From assembly GCA_038873795.1 (NCBI GenBank), contig JAVZDR010000009.1, positions 1 through 19,677 of the forward strand: a stretch of 19,677 bases of DNA, given 5' to 3'. The notes below the pieces were generated by a model that was given only the letters and a program-made list of their open reading frames with translations, did no database searches and was not told the DNA's origin. Source of the stretch: Candidatus Micrarchaeaceae archaeon. GTDB taxonomy: Archaea > Micrarchaeota > Micrarchaeia > Micrarchaeales > CABMGC01. A program made the translations under genes and the position numbers. Shown here piece by piece: positions 7,250 through 15,714 of this stretch. Each line of letters opens with the position of its first letter. The first letter of the stretch is position 1.

Positions 7250-7945
7250 CTATATGTATTTGGCGATTTCCTTCGTTGAAAGCGCGGTGTATTCGCCGCC
7301 CTTTTCGATATAAGAGATGTCTACGCTCTCTTCTGTGAGCTTCTTCTCGCTCACTTTTTTAATTATCTTTATACCAAGGTCTATCGCATCTTCGGTCTGC
7401 ATGTTTTCTTTGTATTCCTTTGTAAGTATCTCAAATGCGATCTTCTTGCCCATGCCTATGGCGTCAGCCTTGTAGCCAAGGTAGGATGCCCCTGGGTCTA
7501 TCTCATAGAGCTTTGGATTGGAGTCAACACCACCAAGGAGTATCGAGACGGCGTAAGGCCTTATGCCGCCGTACTGCGTCGCCTGCATCATGTAGCTGGA
7601 AAGCTCACGCGCAAGCGCGTCTATCGACTTGACTTCGTCAAAGACGAGCCTGTGGGTCTGCGTTATCGAGCGGGCCGTGTCTATTATGTGTATGCCATCT
7701 GACATTATACCGCTGTATGTTGCACCTATATGCGAGTCTATCCTGAAAACCTTCTGTATGGTTGATGAGACTGCCAGCTCTTCTGTTATGTTCTTGTGGG
7801 CTATGAATACCACGGAATTCTTGCAGACTAAGCCTATTGAGGTTGCGCCCTTTCTCACAGCCTCTTTTGCATACTCCACTTGGAAAAGCCTGCCATCAGG
7901 GCTAAACATCACGCCCCTGTCATATGCTTGCACATTTGGATACAT
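7250..7945 (-). CDS. psmA: Proteasome alpha subunit
   Basis: YDR...FSPDGRLFQVEYA N-terminal signature, QYGGIRPY, C-terminal HbYX-independent alpha fold. Start ATG 7945 (MYPNVQAYDR). Confidence 0.97.
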   Translation of the reverse strand: MYPNVQAYDRGVMFSPDGRLFQVEYAKEAVRKGATSIGLVCKNSVVFIAHKNITEELAVSSTIQKVFRIDSHIGATYSGIMSDGIHIIDTARSITQTHRLVFDEVKSIDALARELSSYMMQATQYGGIRPYAVSILLGGVDSNPKLYEIDPGASYLGYKADAIGMGKKIAFEILTKEYKENMQTEDAIDLGIKIIKKVSEKKLTEESVDISYIEKGGEYTALSTKEIAKYI

Positions 7946-8031
7946 TATATCACAACTCAAAAATATGCTTAGTTAATATGGCGCTTATAATTATATATTT
8001 TTGCTTTAGCTGCTTTTCGCTGATTCTGCGG

Positions 8032-9348
8032 CTATGGCGAGAGCCTGTTTATCATCCTTGGAAATGGGATTGCGTCGCGTATATGCTCAAGATTGAGGAG
8101 CCATTTTATCACGCGCTCCATGCCCATTCCGAAGCCTGCATGCGGCACTGACCCGTATCTTCTCAGATCGATCCACCACGCATAGTTTTCCCTGTTGAAT
8201 TTTACGCCCTGCGACTTTTCCACTTCAGCCATACGCTCCTCAAGCTCGTCGAGCCGCCATATCCTTTCACTGCCTCCTATGATCTCACCGTGGCCATGTG
8301 GGGCCTGCATGTCTGCGCAGAGAACTGTGCGGCTGTCCCTGGGGTTTATTGGCATGTAGAAAGCCTTTATCTCCTTAGGCCAGTTGTATATGAAGATTGG
8401 CTTTTCTTCGTCGGCAGTGAGTAGGCGCTCATCGTCTATTCCAAAATCGTCGCCCCATTTCTTCTTTGATCCCTTCTCATTGAGGATTTCAATGGCCTTC
8501 TCGTAGGAGATACGCTTGAATGGCGGCCTTACCTTAAGCAGTGTCTCGGGCTCTACGCCAAATGTCTTGAGAAGGTCTGCGTTTTTCTTTGCAAGGCTGT
8601 TGGCTATGTAGCTTACAAGCCTCTCTTGGAGGTTCATATTCTTCTTGTTATCATAAAATGCCATCTCCGGCTCGAGATGCCAGTATTCGGCGAGGTGCTT
8701 GGTTGTCCTTGATTTCTCGGCCCTGTAAGAGGGGGCAAACGAATAGACCTTTTCCAAGGAAAATATCATAGCTTCTGCATAAAGCTGCGACGATTCGGTA
8801 AGGTATGCATCCTGGTCGAAATATCTGACTTTGAACATGGATGAGCCGGTCTCGCCACCCGCCTTAGTTATTAGAGGCGGCGTAATCTCGTAGAAGCCAC
8901 GCTTATCAAGGAATTCCCTCGCATATCTGAAGACGTATGCGCGGACCTTCATGATGTCGCGCATCCTCAGGCTCCTCAGCCAAAGGTGGCGCTTGTCGAG
9001 AAGAAGCTCTGTGCTCTGGTATTCTGTTATTGGAAATGGCTCTGCAACGCTGATGTTCTTGAAAGACGATGCTTCAATCTCATAGCCTGTCTGCGAGCGC
9101 TCTTCCTTTTTTACCAAGCCTGTTGCAGAGATGCTCGACTCTATGCTAGCCTTTTCGGCATCAAGCCATGACTTTTCGTCAACACCTGACCTCTTTATTG
9201 CAAGCTGTATTATGCCTGTGCTGTCCCTGACTATTATGAAGATTATGCCACCGCTCTCCCTCTTCCTATAAACCCAGCCGGTTATGCTTACAGGCCTGCC
9301 AATTTCGTGCTCAGCATCTGAAATATGCATCGGTCTCATAAATAGCAT
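8032..9348 (-). CDS. asnS: Asparaginyl-tRNA synthetase
   Basis: N-terminal OB fold (GWVYRKR...FIIVRD.TG.IQ), LDKRHLWLRS, YLTESSQLY, YRAEKSRT.KHLAEYWH.E.E, GEIIGGSERI, YGSVPHAGFGMGMER. These fit AsnRS better than AspRS. Confidence 0.93.
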   Translation of the reverse strand: MLFMRPMHISDAEHEIGRPVSITGWVYRKRESGGIIFIIVRDSTGIIQLAIKRSGVDEKSWLDAEKASIESSISATGLVKKEERSQTGYEIEASSFKNISVAEPFPITEYQSTELLLDKRHLWLRSLRMRDIMKVRAYVFRYAREFLDKRGFYEITPPLITKAGGETGSSMFKVRYFDQDAYLTESSQLYAEAMIFSLEKVYSFAPSYRAEKSRTTKHLAEYWHLEPEMAFYDNKKNMNLQERLVSYIANSLAKKNADLLKTFGVEPETLLKVRPPFKRISYEKAIEILNEKGSKKKWGDDFGIDDERLLTADEEKPIFIYNWPKEIKAFYMPINPRDSRTVLCADMQAPHGHGEIIGGSERIWRLDELEERMAEVEKSQGVKFNRENYAWWIDLRRYGSVPHAGFGMGMERVIKWLLNLEHIRDAIPFPRMINRLSP

Positions 9349-9454
9349 TCAGCTAATAACAAATAATAACCTTTTGTGTAGCGCCTTTGCATCCAGCAAG
9401 GCTCTGAAAGGCCTTTTGCAAAGGCTATTATCCTTTTCCGTCCATTATTTAGAT

Positions 9455-10036
9455 ATGCCTGAAGAGGAGGATCTGACAAAAAGATACAATGCGCTTTACT
9501 TAGAAATAATATTGAAATACAAGGATTACATAGAGGAGCAGGAAAGCCTTTATGTTGCGGAATTGCCTAAGCTTGTGACCCCTGATGATGACGTTGTTGT
9601 TTCCCTCGCAAACAGGATAAAAAGCAGCTTCCCTATTTATAATTATGAAGAGAACTTCTATGATGCTGCGAAGGCCGCATATGAGCATGTCAAAAAAGAC
9701 ATATATACTGTTGAGCTTCCAGTACAGTTCTGGCTCACGCCAAGGCAGACAGAAACGGCTGGCGCTGGCGATGTGTTTGACAAGGCTGTGCTGCTCTGCA
9801 GCCTGCTGATAGCTCTTGGCAACCCATCATCTAAGGTAATAGTAATTATAACCGATTCTGAAAGGAGATTTGTGATTTATGCTGAATTCGGAGGCAAGGT
9901 AATAGCCATGGGGTTTGAAGATGGGATCCAGGAATTCTCAAGCATAGACGAAATGATGGCACACTTCAAGATAGAGAAAGGCAAAGATGTTACGGCTTAT
10001 GAGTTCAACGACAAAATGTACAGGGATATAGCATAG
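9455..10036 (+). CDS. Transglutaminase-like fold protein, apparently catalytically inactive
   Basis: FWLTPRQT...GAGDVFDKAVLLCSLLIALG matches W..P.ETL...GDC.D.A.L..SLL...G but with Val at the catalytic Cys. Start ATG 9455; the longer ORF overlaps the asnS start. Confidence 0.7.
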   Translation: MPEEEDLTKRYNALYLEIILKYKDYIEEQESLYVAELPKLVTPDDDVVVSLANRIKSSFPIYNYEENFYDAAKAAYEHVKKDIYTVELPVQFWLTPRQTETAGAGDVFDKAVLLCSLLIALGNPSSKVIVIITDSERRFVIYAEFGGKVIAMGFEDGIQEFSSIDEMMAHFKIEKGKDVTAYEFNDKMYRDIA

Positions 10037-10044
10037 CATAGAGG

Positions 10045-10383
10045 CTATGCCCAATTCTTGTTGAAAGCATTTGCATAGTAGCTTTCTGCTGATTTTATTG
10101 TGCCTGAAGTCTTCAATGTATAGATGCCTGTTTTGGCGCCGCGCAATTCTTTTATGAATGCAAGCGCAAGTATAACCTCGCGTTCTGATCCCCTTGCTAC
10201 CCTGAGTATGAACGAGTCGCGCCCCATTGTCTTCACAATGCGCGGGCTTGCCTTAGAATATGACTTTGCACCCATGAAAGAGAGCAGACCCTTGCATATC
10301 TCCTCTTCAAGGGTCCTTGAATCGCAATCGAATGGCCTGGATCCTTCGGCAAGTATGTACCTATGCTTCTTCTTCAATATCAT
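10045..10383 (-). CDS. rnp2: RNase P protein component 2 (Pop5/Rpp14 family)
   Basis: LKKKHRYI, FILRV.R, ALAFI, TSGTIK motifs; directly downstream of an Rpp30-like gene. Start ATG 10383 (or TTG 10377). Confidence 0.88.
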   Translation of the reverse strand: MILKKKHRYILAEGSRPFDCDSRTLEEEICKGLLSFMGAKSYSKASPRIVKTMGRDSFILRVARGSEREVILALAFIKELRGAKTGIYTLKTSGTIKSAESYYANAFNKNWA

Positions 10384-10876
10384 GGATATCGCCGTTTGCG
10401 CCCAGCATCCTCTTTGAAAGTGCCTCGTCAGCGCCCAGCATCTTTGCCATCTCAATAAGCTGTTCTGCTGATCTCATCTCATCGCTGTCCCTGGCGAAAG
10501 AGGCGATCGCAACCTTTACCTTGTAATGGAGCGCCCTTTTCAACAAATCCGAATTCCAGATTATCCTTTGTATCAGCTGGTCTGAAAAAATAAGGTCTCT
10601 TGCGCTAAATATGAGTGGCTTGCCTTCAGCTGAGATCTCGCGCAGCATCTTTTTTGTATAATTCCTATTAGCAACGAAGGCGACAACGCTCTTTGACCTC
10701 GCAGCCTTCCTAGCTATCGCTTCAGTCGCCGGATTTATTATTAGGCGCTTGCCTTGGCGCTGCTGAATAGTTGTGGCGATGCCCCAGCTTATGTTGAAGA
10801 CCTTTTTGAAGCCAAGCCTACGCACAAGGTCATCGCTCACCTTATCGTGCATCTCTGTTATGTCAAAGTAGTACAT
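10361..10876 (-). CDS. rnp3: RNase P protein component 3 (Rpp30 family), shortened
   Basis: N-terminal FD..., RLGF, C-terminal YKVKVAIASFARD..EMRS..QLI.MAKMLG; synteny with rnp2. Confidence 0.75.
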   Translation of the reverse strand: MYYFDITEMHDKVSDDLVRRLGFKKVFNISWGIATTIQQRQGKRLIINPATEAIARKAARSKSVVAFVANRNYTKKMLREISAEGKPLIFSARDLIFSDQLIQRIIWNSDLLKRALHYKVKVAIASFARDSDEMRSAEQLIEMAKMLGADEALSKRMLGANGDIHDIEEEA

Positions 10877-10880
10877 CCTA

Positions 10881-12095
10881 TCATGCCGTGCCTTCGGCTG
10901 TGCTTTCGAGCATCATCCTTTTTTCTATTGTCTCTTTTATCCTTTCCGGCGGATAGAGAAGCTTTATCAACTTTGTATGGCCGCGCACGCCCCTCCCGGA
11001 TTCAGAGGTGGAGATGAGGCCCTGCATGTCCAGATCTGAAATATATTTCCTGTACCATCTGGAGCTCTTTGCCTCCTTCCTCAAGGATTCGGCTATTTCA
11101 ACATATTTTTCATATACCTCGCCGCTGAAGAGAAAGCTCTCTTCGCCGTCTGCCAGCTTCTTGTACCTGCCTCCCTTCAGGGTAAGGAGTGCTATCGCAT
11201 AGAGCACGAGGTTCTGGTGCTCCGGAAGTGTGCTTACCAGGTCGTATGCAACCTCCTCCTCAGCAGTCTTCGCTGCCCTCTCAACCTCCCTTGTTGTGAC
11301 TTTAGCCAAGCCTTCCTCTTCTGAGAGTTCGCATGCCTTCGCAAGTATCTTGAGGGCTAAGCGCGCATCTCCGCTCTCCCCAGCAGCTATCGCCGCGGCC
11401 AGGTTTACGGCCGCATTCTCAACAACATTCGGCTTCGTCGCTATGGCCAGCCTCTGCTGCATTATCGCAGCCAGTTCATTCGAATTGTAAGGAGGAAAAA
11501 CAATCTCCGTTTCATCCAGAGTAGATAGGCTCCTCGGGTCGAGCTGGTCCTTGAAGGATATCCTGTTTGATATGCCTATCATTGTTATGCCGCCGGATTT
11601 TATGTCGCTGTTTGCCCTTGAGAGCGTATATATGAGGTCGTCGAGGTCCTTTACGGTGTCTATTTCATCGAGCACAACTATCAGTATCTTGCCATCCTCC
11701 TCTATCCAGCTTATGATCTTCTCATATATATCTACAATGCCATAGCCGCGCTTGGCGTATGTTGGCATATTGTCCGCTACTATCTTGTTCAAGACCCTAT
11801 AGCGGGAGTTGTAGATTCTGCAGTTTATATATGATATTTTAGCCTTTACTGAAGGACTGCTGTTTATCTTGGAGATGATGTTCTTTATGCAAGATGTTTT
11901 GCCCGTGCCTGTCTTCCCGTAAATGAAGATGTTCCTGCCCCTGCTTCCCTTCAGCGCAGGGAGCAATGCCTTTATTATGCTATCTATCTGCTTGTCGCGG
12001 AAAAGGAGCGTTTCGGGTATGAAGTGTGGTGACAATGCCTCCCTGTTGACGAAGATCTTTGACTCTTTGAGAAGCTCTGAGAATGGCTCTGGCAT
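10881..12095 (-). CDS. cdc6: Orc1/Cdc6 replication initiator AAA+ ATPase
   Basis: IF.NREALSP.FIP..L.FR, Walker A GKTGTGKT, YINC, Walker B VVLDEID, LDPR..S.L, FPPY, GDAR.AL, and a C-terminal winged helix (GRGVRG.T). Confidence 0.96.
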   Translation of the reverse strand: MPEPFSELLKESKIFVNREALSPHFIPETLLFRDKQIDSIIKALLPALKGSRGRNIFIYGKTGTGKTSCIKNIISKINSSPSVKAKISYINCRIYNSRYRVLNKIVADNMPTYAKRGYGIVDIYEKIISWIEEDGKILIVVLDEIDTVKDLDDLIYTLSRANSDIKSGGITMIGISNRISFKDQLDPRSLSTLDETEIVFPPYNSNELAAIMQQRLAIATKPNVVENAAVNLAAAIAAGESGDARLALKILAKACELSEEEGLAKVTTREVERAAKTAEEEVAYDLVSTLPEHQNLVLYAIALLTLKGGRYKKLADGEESFLFSGEVYEKYVEIAESLRKEAKSSRWYRKYISDLDMQGLISTSESGRGVRGHTKLIKLLYPPERIKETIEKRMMLESTAEGTA

Positions 12096-12116
12096 TGAAT
12101 CCCCGAGCAAGCTATA

Positions 12117-12899
12117 TTATGATTTTATGTTAAGATTTTTAATGATATTCATGAATTCTTCCTTTATCCCCTCATCCTCTAGCGCTGGTATCTTGCCCTC
12201 GTCGCTCAGCTCGTTGAATTTGCTATCATGCTTTATCGAGCCAAGGAGCAAAGTGCCTAGTGATTCTGAGAGCTCTGCCGCATTTTTTGAATCACCAAAA
12301 GACATCGTTTCTACTACTCCGAGCAGGGATATGCCGAGGCGCTTGGCCATAAGCCCCGAACGGCCAGCATTGATCGCTGCTATCTTCTGTGGCGTTGTCA
12401 CGAGCACTATGCCATCAAGATCCAGGAGTTGCATTATGGAGAGCGGTGCATCGCTCGTGCCTGGCGGCAGATCAACAATCAGGTAATCTAGGGCGCCCCA
12501 ATCGGCATTCTCAAGGAATTCTGCAATCATCTTCGCTATGAGCGGCCCGCGCCAGATTATTGGCTTTTTTGTATCATCAGTGAAAAGAGCTGTTGAAAGG
12601 ACCTTTACGCCATTGTGGAGGACCGGTTTGAGAGAGGTCTGCATAGCTGAGGCTTCTAGGCCAGCGAAGAAGTTGACATTGGGGCAGTCTATGTCAGCAT
12701 CAAGCAGGCCGACTTTGTAGCCAAGATTATTAAGCAGGTATGCAAGGTTTACAGCTACTGTTGTCTTGCCAACCCCGCCCTTTGCGCTGTATATGCCTAT
12801 CTTGTGCTTTATGTTTGCGAGCCTCTTTTTTATGCGTTCTTTCTGCGCTATCACGTTAAGGAAACTAGGATGCATTGCTGCGCCCCCGCTCTGCTCCAT
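12117..12899 (-). CDS. mrp: Mrp/NBP35/ApbC family P-loop ATPase lacking the CxxC motif
   Basis: SAKGGVGKTT, LLDADI, WRGP, DYLIVDLPPGTSD, VTTPQ, GVVETMS. Only one Cys in the whole protein. Confidence 0.9.
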   Translation of the reverse strand: MEQSGGAAMHPSFLNVIAQKERIKKRLANIKHKIGIYSAKGGVGKTTVAVNLAYLLNNLGYKVGLLDADIDCPNVNFFAGLEASAMQTSLKPVLHNGVKVLSTALFTDDTKKPIIWRGPLIAKMIAEFLENADWGALDYLIVDLPPGTSDAPLSIMQLLDLDGIVLVTTPQKIAAINAGRSGLMAKRLGISLLGVVETMSFGDSKNAAELSESLGTLLLGSIKHDSKFNELSDEGKIPALEDEGIKEEFMNIIKNLNIKS

Positions 12900-13014
12900 A
12901 GGAATCGATTATACATGGCAGCACTAATATATATTTTTAGCTATAGACGTTTTTTACGCTGATATATTTTGCAATAGCATAGAAATTTATGTCTGCTTTT
13001 CCGATACAGAACAT

Positions 13015-13725
13015 ATGAAAGCATTTGTTGGCACATCAGGCTGGCTCTACGGCTGGAACAAGGAGTCTAGCTTGGAATGGTATGCCAAGAATTCAGGGCT
13101 CAACGCAATAGAGCTCAATGCTAGCTTCTACAGATTCCCTTTCCCGAACCAAGTCGTGGGTTGGCGCAAGACAGGCGGCATGCTTAGATGGTCCATAAAA
13201 GTGAACAGGATTGTTACGCATATACATATGCTGAATGACAAGGCAATTGCAACATATGAAAAATTCATAGAGATATTCAAGCCTCTTGACGATATCGTGG
13301 AGTTCTACCTTTTCCAGATGCCACCAAGGTTTTCCATATTGCAGAAGGAAAGGCTTGAGGATTTCGTCAAGAGCTTCGACCAGAAAAGGATAGCACTTGA
13401 GTTCAGGAACAGGAGCTGGTATGATTTCGATTTTGACAAGATGGACTTTGGCGGTGCCATTGTTTCCCCAGATTCCCCTGAAATAAGCCGGATTGTATTT
13501 GCAAAGAATGGGCTTGAGTATATAAGATTTCATGGAAGAAGGTATTGGTATTCGTACAAATACAGCAAAGGCGAGCTTGAGGAGATGGCTGACCTTGCCA
13601 TAGCCAAAAAACCGCACAAAATCATGGCTTTTTTCAACAACAACCATGACATGCTTGCCAACGCAAGGGAATTTGCGAGCTGCCTGAAAGGGCTAGAGAC
13701 CAAAACTAAAGATTATTATAATTAA
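13015..13725 (+). CDS. DUF72 (YecE-like) domain protein
   Basis: VGTSGW.Y, IELNASFYRFP, LFQMPPRF, ALEFRNRSW, YIRFHGR, FFNN. Confidence 0.93.
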   Translation: MKAFVGTSGWLYGWNKESSLEWYAKNSGLNAIELNASFYRFPFPNQVVGWRKTGGMLRWSIKVNRIVTHIHMLNDKAIATYEKFIEIFKPLDDIVEFYLFQMPPRFSILQKERLEDFVKSFDQKRIALEFRNRSWYDFDFDKMDFGGAIVSPDSPEISRIVFAKNGLEYIRFHGRRYWYSYKYSKGELEEMADLAIAKKPHKIMAFFNNNHDMLANAREFASCLKGLETKTKDYYN

Positions 13726-13757
13726 TCCTTCTTATATTCAAAAGGTCCGGTGATTTT

Positions 13758-14123
13758 GTGAATATAAATGAACTAAAGGTAGGTGCAAAAAGCGTCACGC
13801 TTGAAGCTACTGTTGTGGAGAAGGAGGAACCCAGAGAAGTCGTAACGAAGTATGGAAAGAGGTTGAATGTTGCTAATTTGATTCTGAAGGATGAAACCGG
13901 AAGCATAAGCCTCTCCCTTTGGGGCGATGACATAGACCTTGTTGGGGTAGGCGACAAAATAAAGATAATAAACGGCTATGTTGGCGAATTCAGGGGCACT
14001 CCCCAGCTTTCAGTGGGCAAATACGGTAAGATGGAGGTAATCGAGAAATCGAGCGGCAAGGAGGAAGAACTTAGTAACACGGAAAAGGAAGAGAGGGAGG
14101 AGTTCCCTGATGAAGACCAGTAA
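13758..14123 (+). CDS. ssb: Single-stranded DNA-binding protein (single OB fold with acidic tail)
   Basis: LKDETGSI.LSLWG, GDKIKI.NGYV.EFRG..QLSVG..G and an acidic C-terminal tail. GTG start with GGTGA SD. Confidence 0.9.
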   Translation: MNINELKVGAKSVTLEATVVEKEEPREVVTKYGKRLNVANLILKDETGSISLSLWGDDIDLVGVGDKIKIINGYVGEFRGTPQLSVGKYGKMEVIEKSSGKEEELSNTEKEEREEFPDEDQ

Positions 14124-14179
14124 CTGGCAGCTCTGATTTTCAAATCTGTGCGTTTAGCTTGGGTTTAGCCAGGCTTGGC

Positions 14180-15430
14180 CTAAATTGCTAAGTCTATTAC
14201 ATCGTTGATTTTGGGGGCGTATGCTTCGAAACCCTCTACCTCTAGCGCCGATGCAAAGTCGTTGGTGCTCTGCATCTCGCCATGCACGCATACCACTACT
14301 TCTGGGTTTACCTGCCTGACGAAATCATATAGGTCGCTCTTGCCGGCATGCGCAGAAAAATCATAGAAAGCGACAGGTGTCCTAACCTTGAACTTTTTGC
14401 CATCGACAATTATGGGCTTGTTCTCCAGCACTCTCCTGCCATTTGTGCCCTCTATTTGATAGCCTGTCAGGAAAATTTTGGAGTTTGCATTTAGCATCTT
14501 GATATAATCAAGCACAGGGCCGCCATTCAGCATGCCAGCAGTGGTAATTATTATGTGCGGTTCCTTCATAATGCGCACCCTCTCATTGTGGCTGCCAAGC
14601 CATATTGCATCCCTCGCCGCGCTTTCCAGGCTTTTTGCATCTTTCAGCGAATCTGCGTATTTGAGGGTTATTTCGGTTGCATCCTTGGCCATTCCATCGA
14701 TGCAGACATATTCCGAGAGTTTTTTATTGTAGAGTATTGCAAGCAGCTCTTGGGCCCTGCCAACAGCAAAGCATGGAAGGAGCGCAGTTCCGCCATTCTC
14801 AAGCACCTCCTTTATGGCTGTAGCGAATTCATTTATGAGCCTCTTCCTATCAGGATGTTCACTCGCCGCATATGTCGATTCTGTTATAAGTATGTCAGCT
14901 TTGATCGCTGAAGCTCCATACTGAAGGTTCTGCTCAGCGAGCTTAAAGTCTCCTGTATAAAGTATTCTCTTTCCATCATTGTACCTTTCTATCAGGGTGA
15001 GCGCGCTGCCGAGTATGTGGCCTGCATCGTAAAAAGTGATGCTGTGACCGTCAACCTCCTCTGCTATGCCGTACTCCTTGCTTTTGTAGTTTTTGTTGAA
15101 AACAGCGAGCTGCTTGTTGAAAAAACGCGGTTTAGCATGCTTTTTGTTTGCAAGCTTCATCGAATCCTTTATCAGCAGGTTGCTTAATTCAAGAGTTGGC
15201 TTTGTGCCGATTGTAATCGGAGGCACGGCAAAATAGAGTGCTGGGGCTGAGCCGCTGTGGTCAAGATGAGCATGGCTCAGGGCGAAGACATCGACTGACT
15301 TTGGCATTACTGGATATTCCACATTGCCATCTATCTTTATTCCATAGTCAAGCAGTATATTTATCTTGTCTCGCAGCATTATCGCTGACCTCCCCACCTC
15401 ACTTGCTCCGCCAAGTAGTTGTATCTCCAA
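14180..15430 (-). CDS. Metallo-beta-lactamase / beta-CASP ribonuclease (aCPSF2-like, no KH domains)
   Basis: LGGASEVGRS, SHAHLDHSG, AGHILGS, YTGD, ESTY, FAVGRAQE, FSAHA, VHGE; TTG start. Confidence 0.92.
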   Translation of the reverse strand: MEIQLLGGASEVGRSAIMLRDKINILLDYGIKIDGNVEYPVMPKSVDVFALSHAHLDHSGSAPALYFAVPPITIGTKPTLELSNLLIKDSMKLANKKHAKPRFFNKQLAVFNKNYKSKEYGIAEEVDGHSITFYDAGHILGSALTLIERYNDGKRILYTGDFKLAEQNLQYGASAIKADILITESTYAASEHPDRKRLINEFATAIKEVLENGGTALLPCFAVGRAQELLAILYNKKLSEYVCIDGMAKDATEITLKYADSLKDAKSLESAARDAIWLGSHNERVRIMKEPHIIITTAGMLNGGPVLDYIKMLNANSKIFLTGYQIEGTNGRRVLENKPIIVDGKKFKVRTPVAFYDFSAHAGKSDLYDFVRQVNPEVVVCVHGEMQSTNDFASALEVEGFEAYAPKINDVIDLAI

Positions 15431-15534
15431 ATAATCATCTGGGTTCTCTGTTTTGAAATTTGTAATCCAACTTCACAAAGCAAATCTATAAATGTTCTAT
15501 TTGGTGGCCGCTTTTTGTATTTTACCCAACTGCA

Positions 15535-15710
15535 TGCACCTTCCCTTAGCAGGGCGCCCTGCTTTTTATATCGTATATGCGCTTGGCGTTTGGAGCAAAG
15601 GCAGAAATAGAGAGGGCATAGAGTGTGTCGGTTGGTATGACAGCAAAGTTGTTAAGGATGAAGCGTGCGACCAGACTTATGTTTTTAGGCTCTGGAGTTA
15701 GTATATGCAT
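15535..15710 (-). pseudogene. sua5: Sua5/YrdC (TsaC) threonylcarbamoyl-AMP synthase remnant with an internal deletion
   Basis: ORF 15710-15546 reads MHILTPEPKNISLVARFILNNFAVIPTDTLYALSISAFAPNAKRIYDIKSRAPC*, with the PTDTxY and IYxxKxR motifs. Another frame at 15552-15535 reads LLREGA, resembling the end of the YrdC domain. Confidence 0.75.
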
Positions 15711-15714
15711 TTTA

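Noticed and set aside
9383..9426. Short GCCTTTGC/GCAAAGGC dyads in the divergent asnS intergenic region
   Set aside because: Short, low-complexity and imperfect; not enough to call an operator or RNA.
10881..13014. Replication origin (ORB repeats) next to cdc6
   Set aside because: cdc6 is embedded in an operon with tiny gaps, and I see no repeated TTCCAxxGGAAA/G-string ORB motifs in nearby intergenic DNA.
15492..15701. 69-aa + strand ORF in the gap before the membrane protein gene
   Set aside because: The opposite strand carries recognisable YrdC motifs, so this is a shadow ORF.
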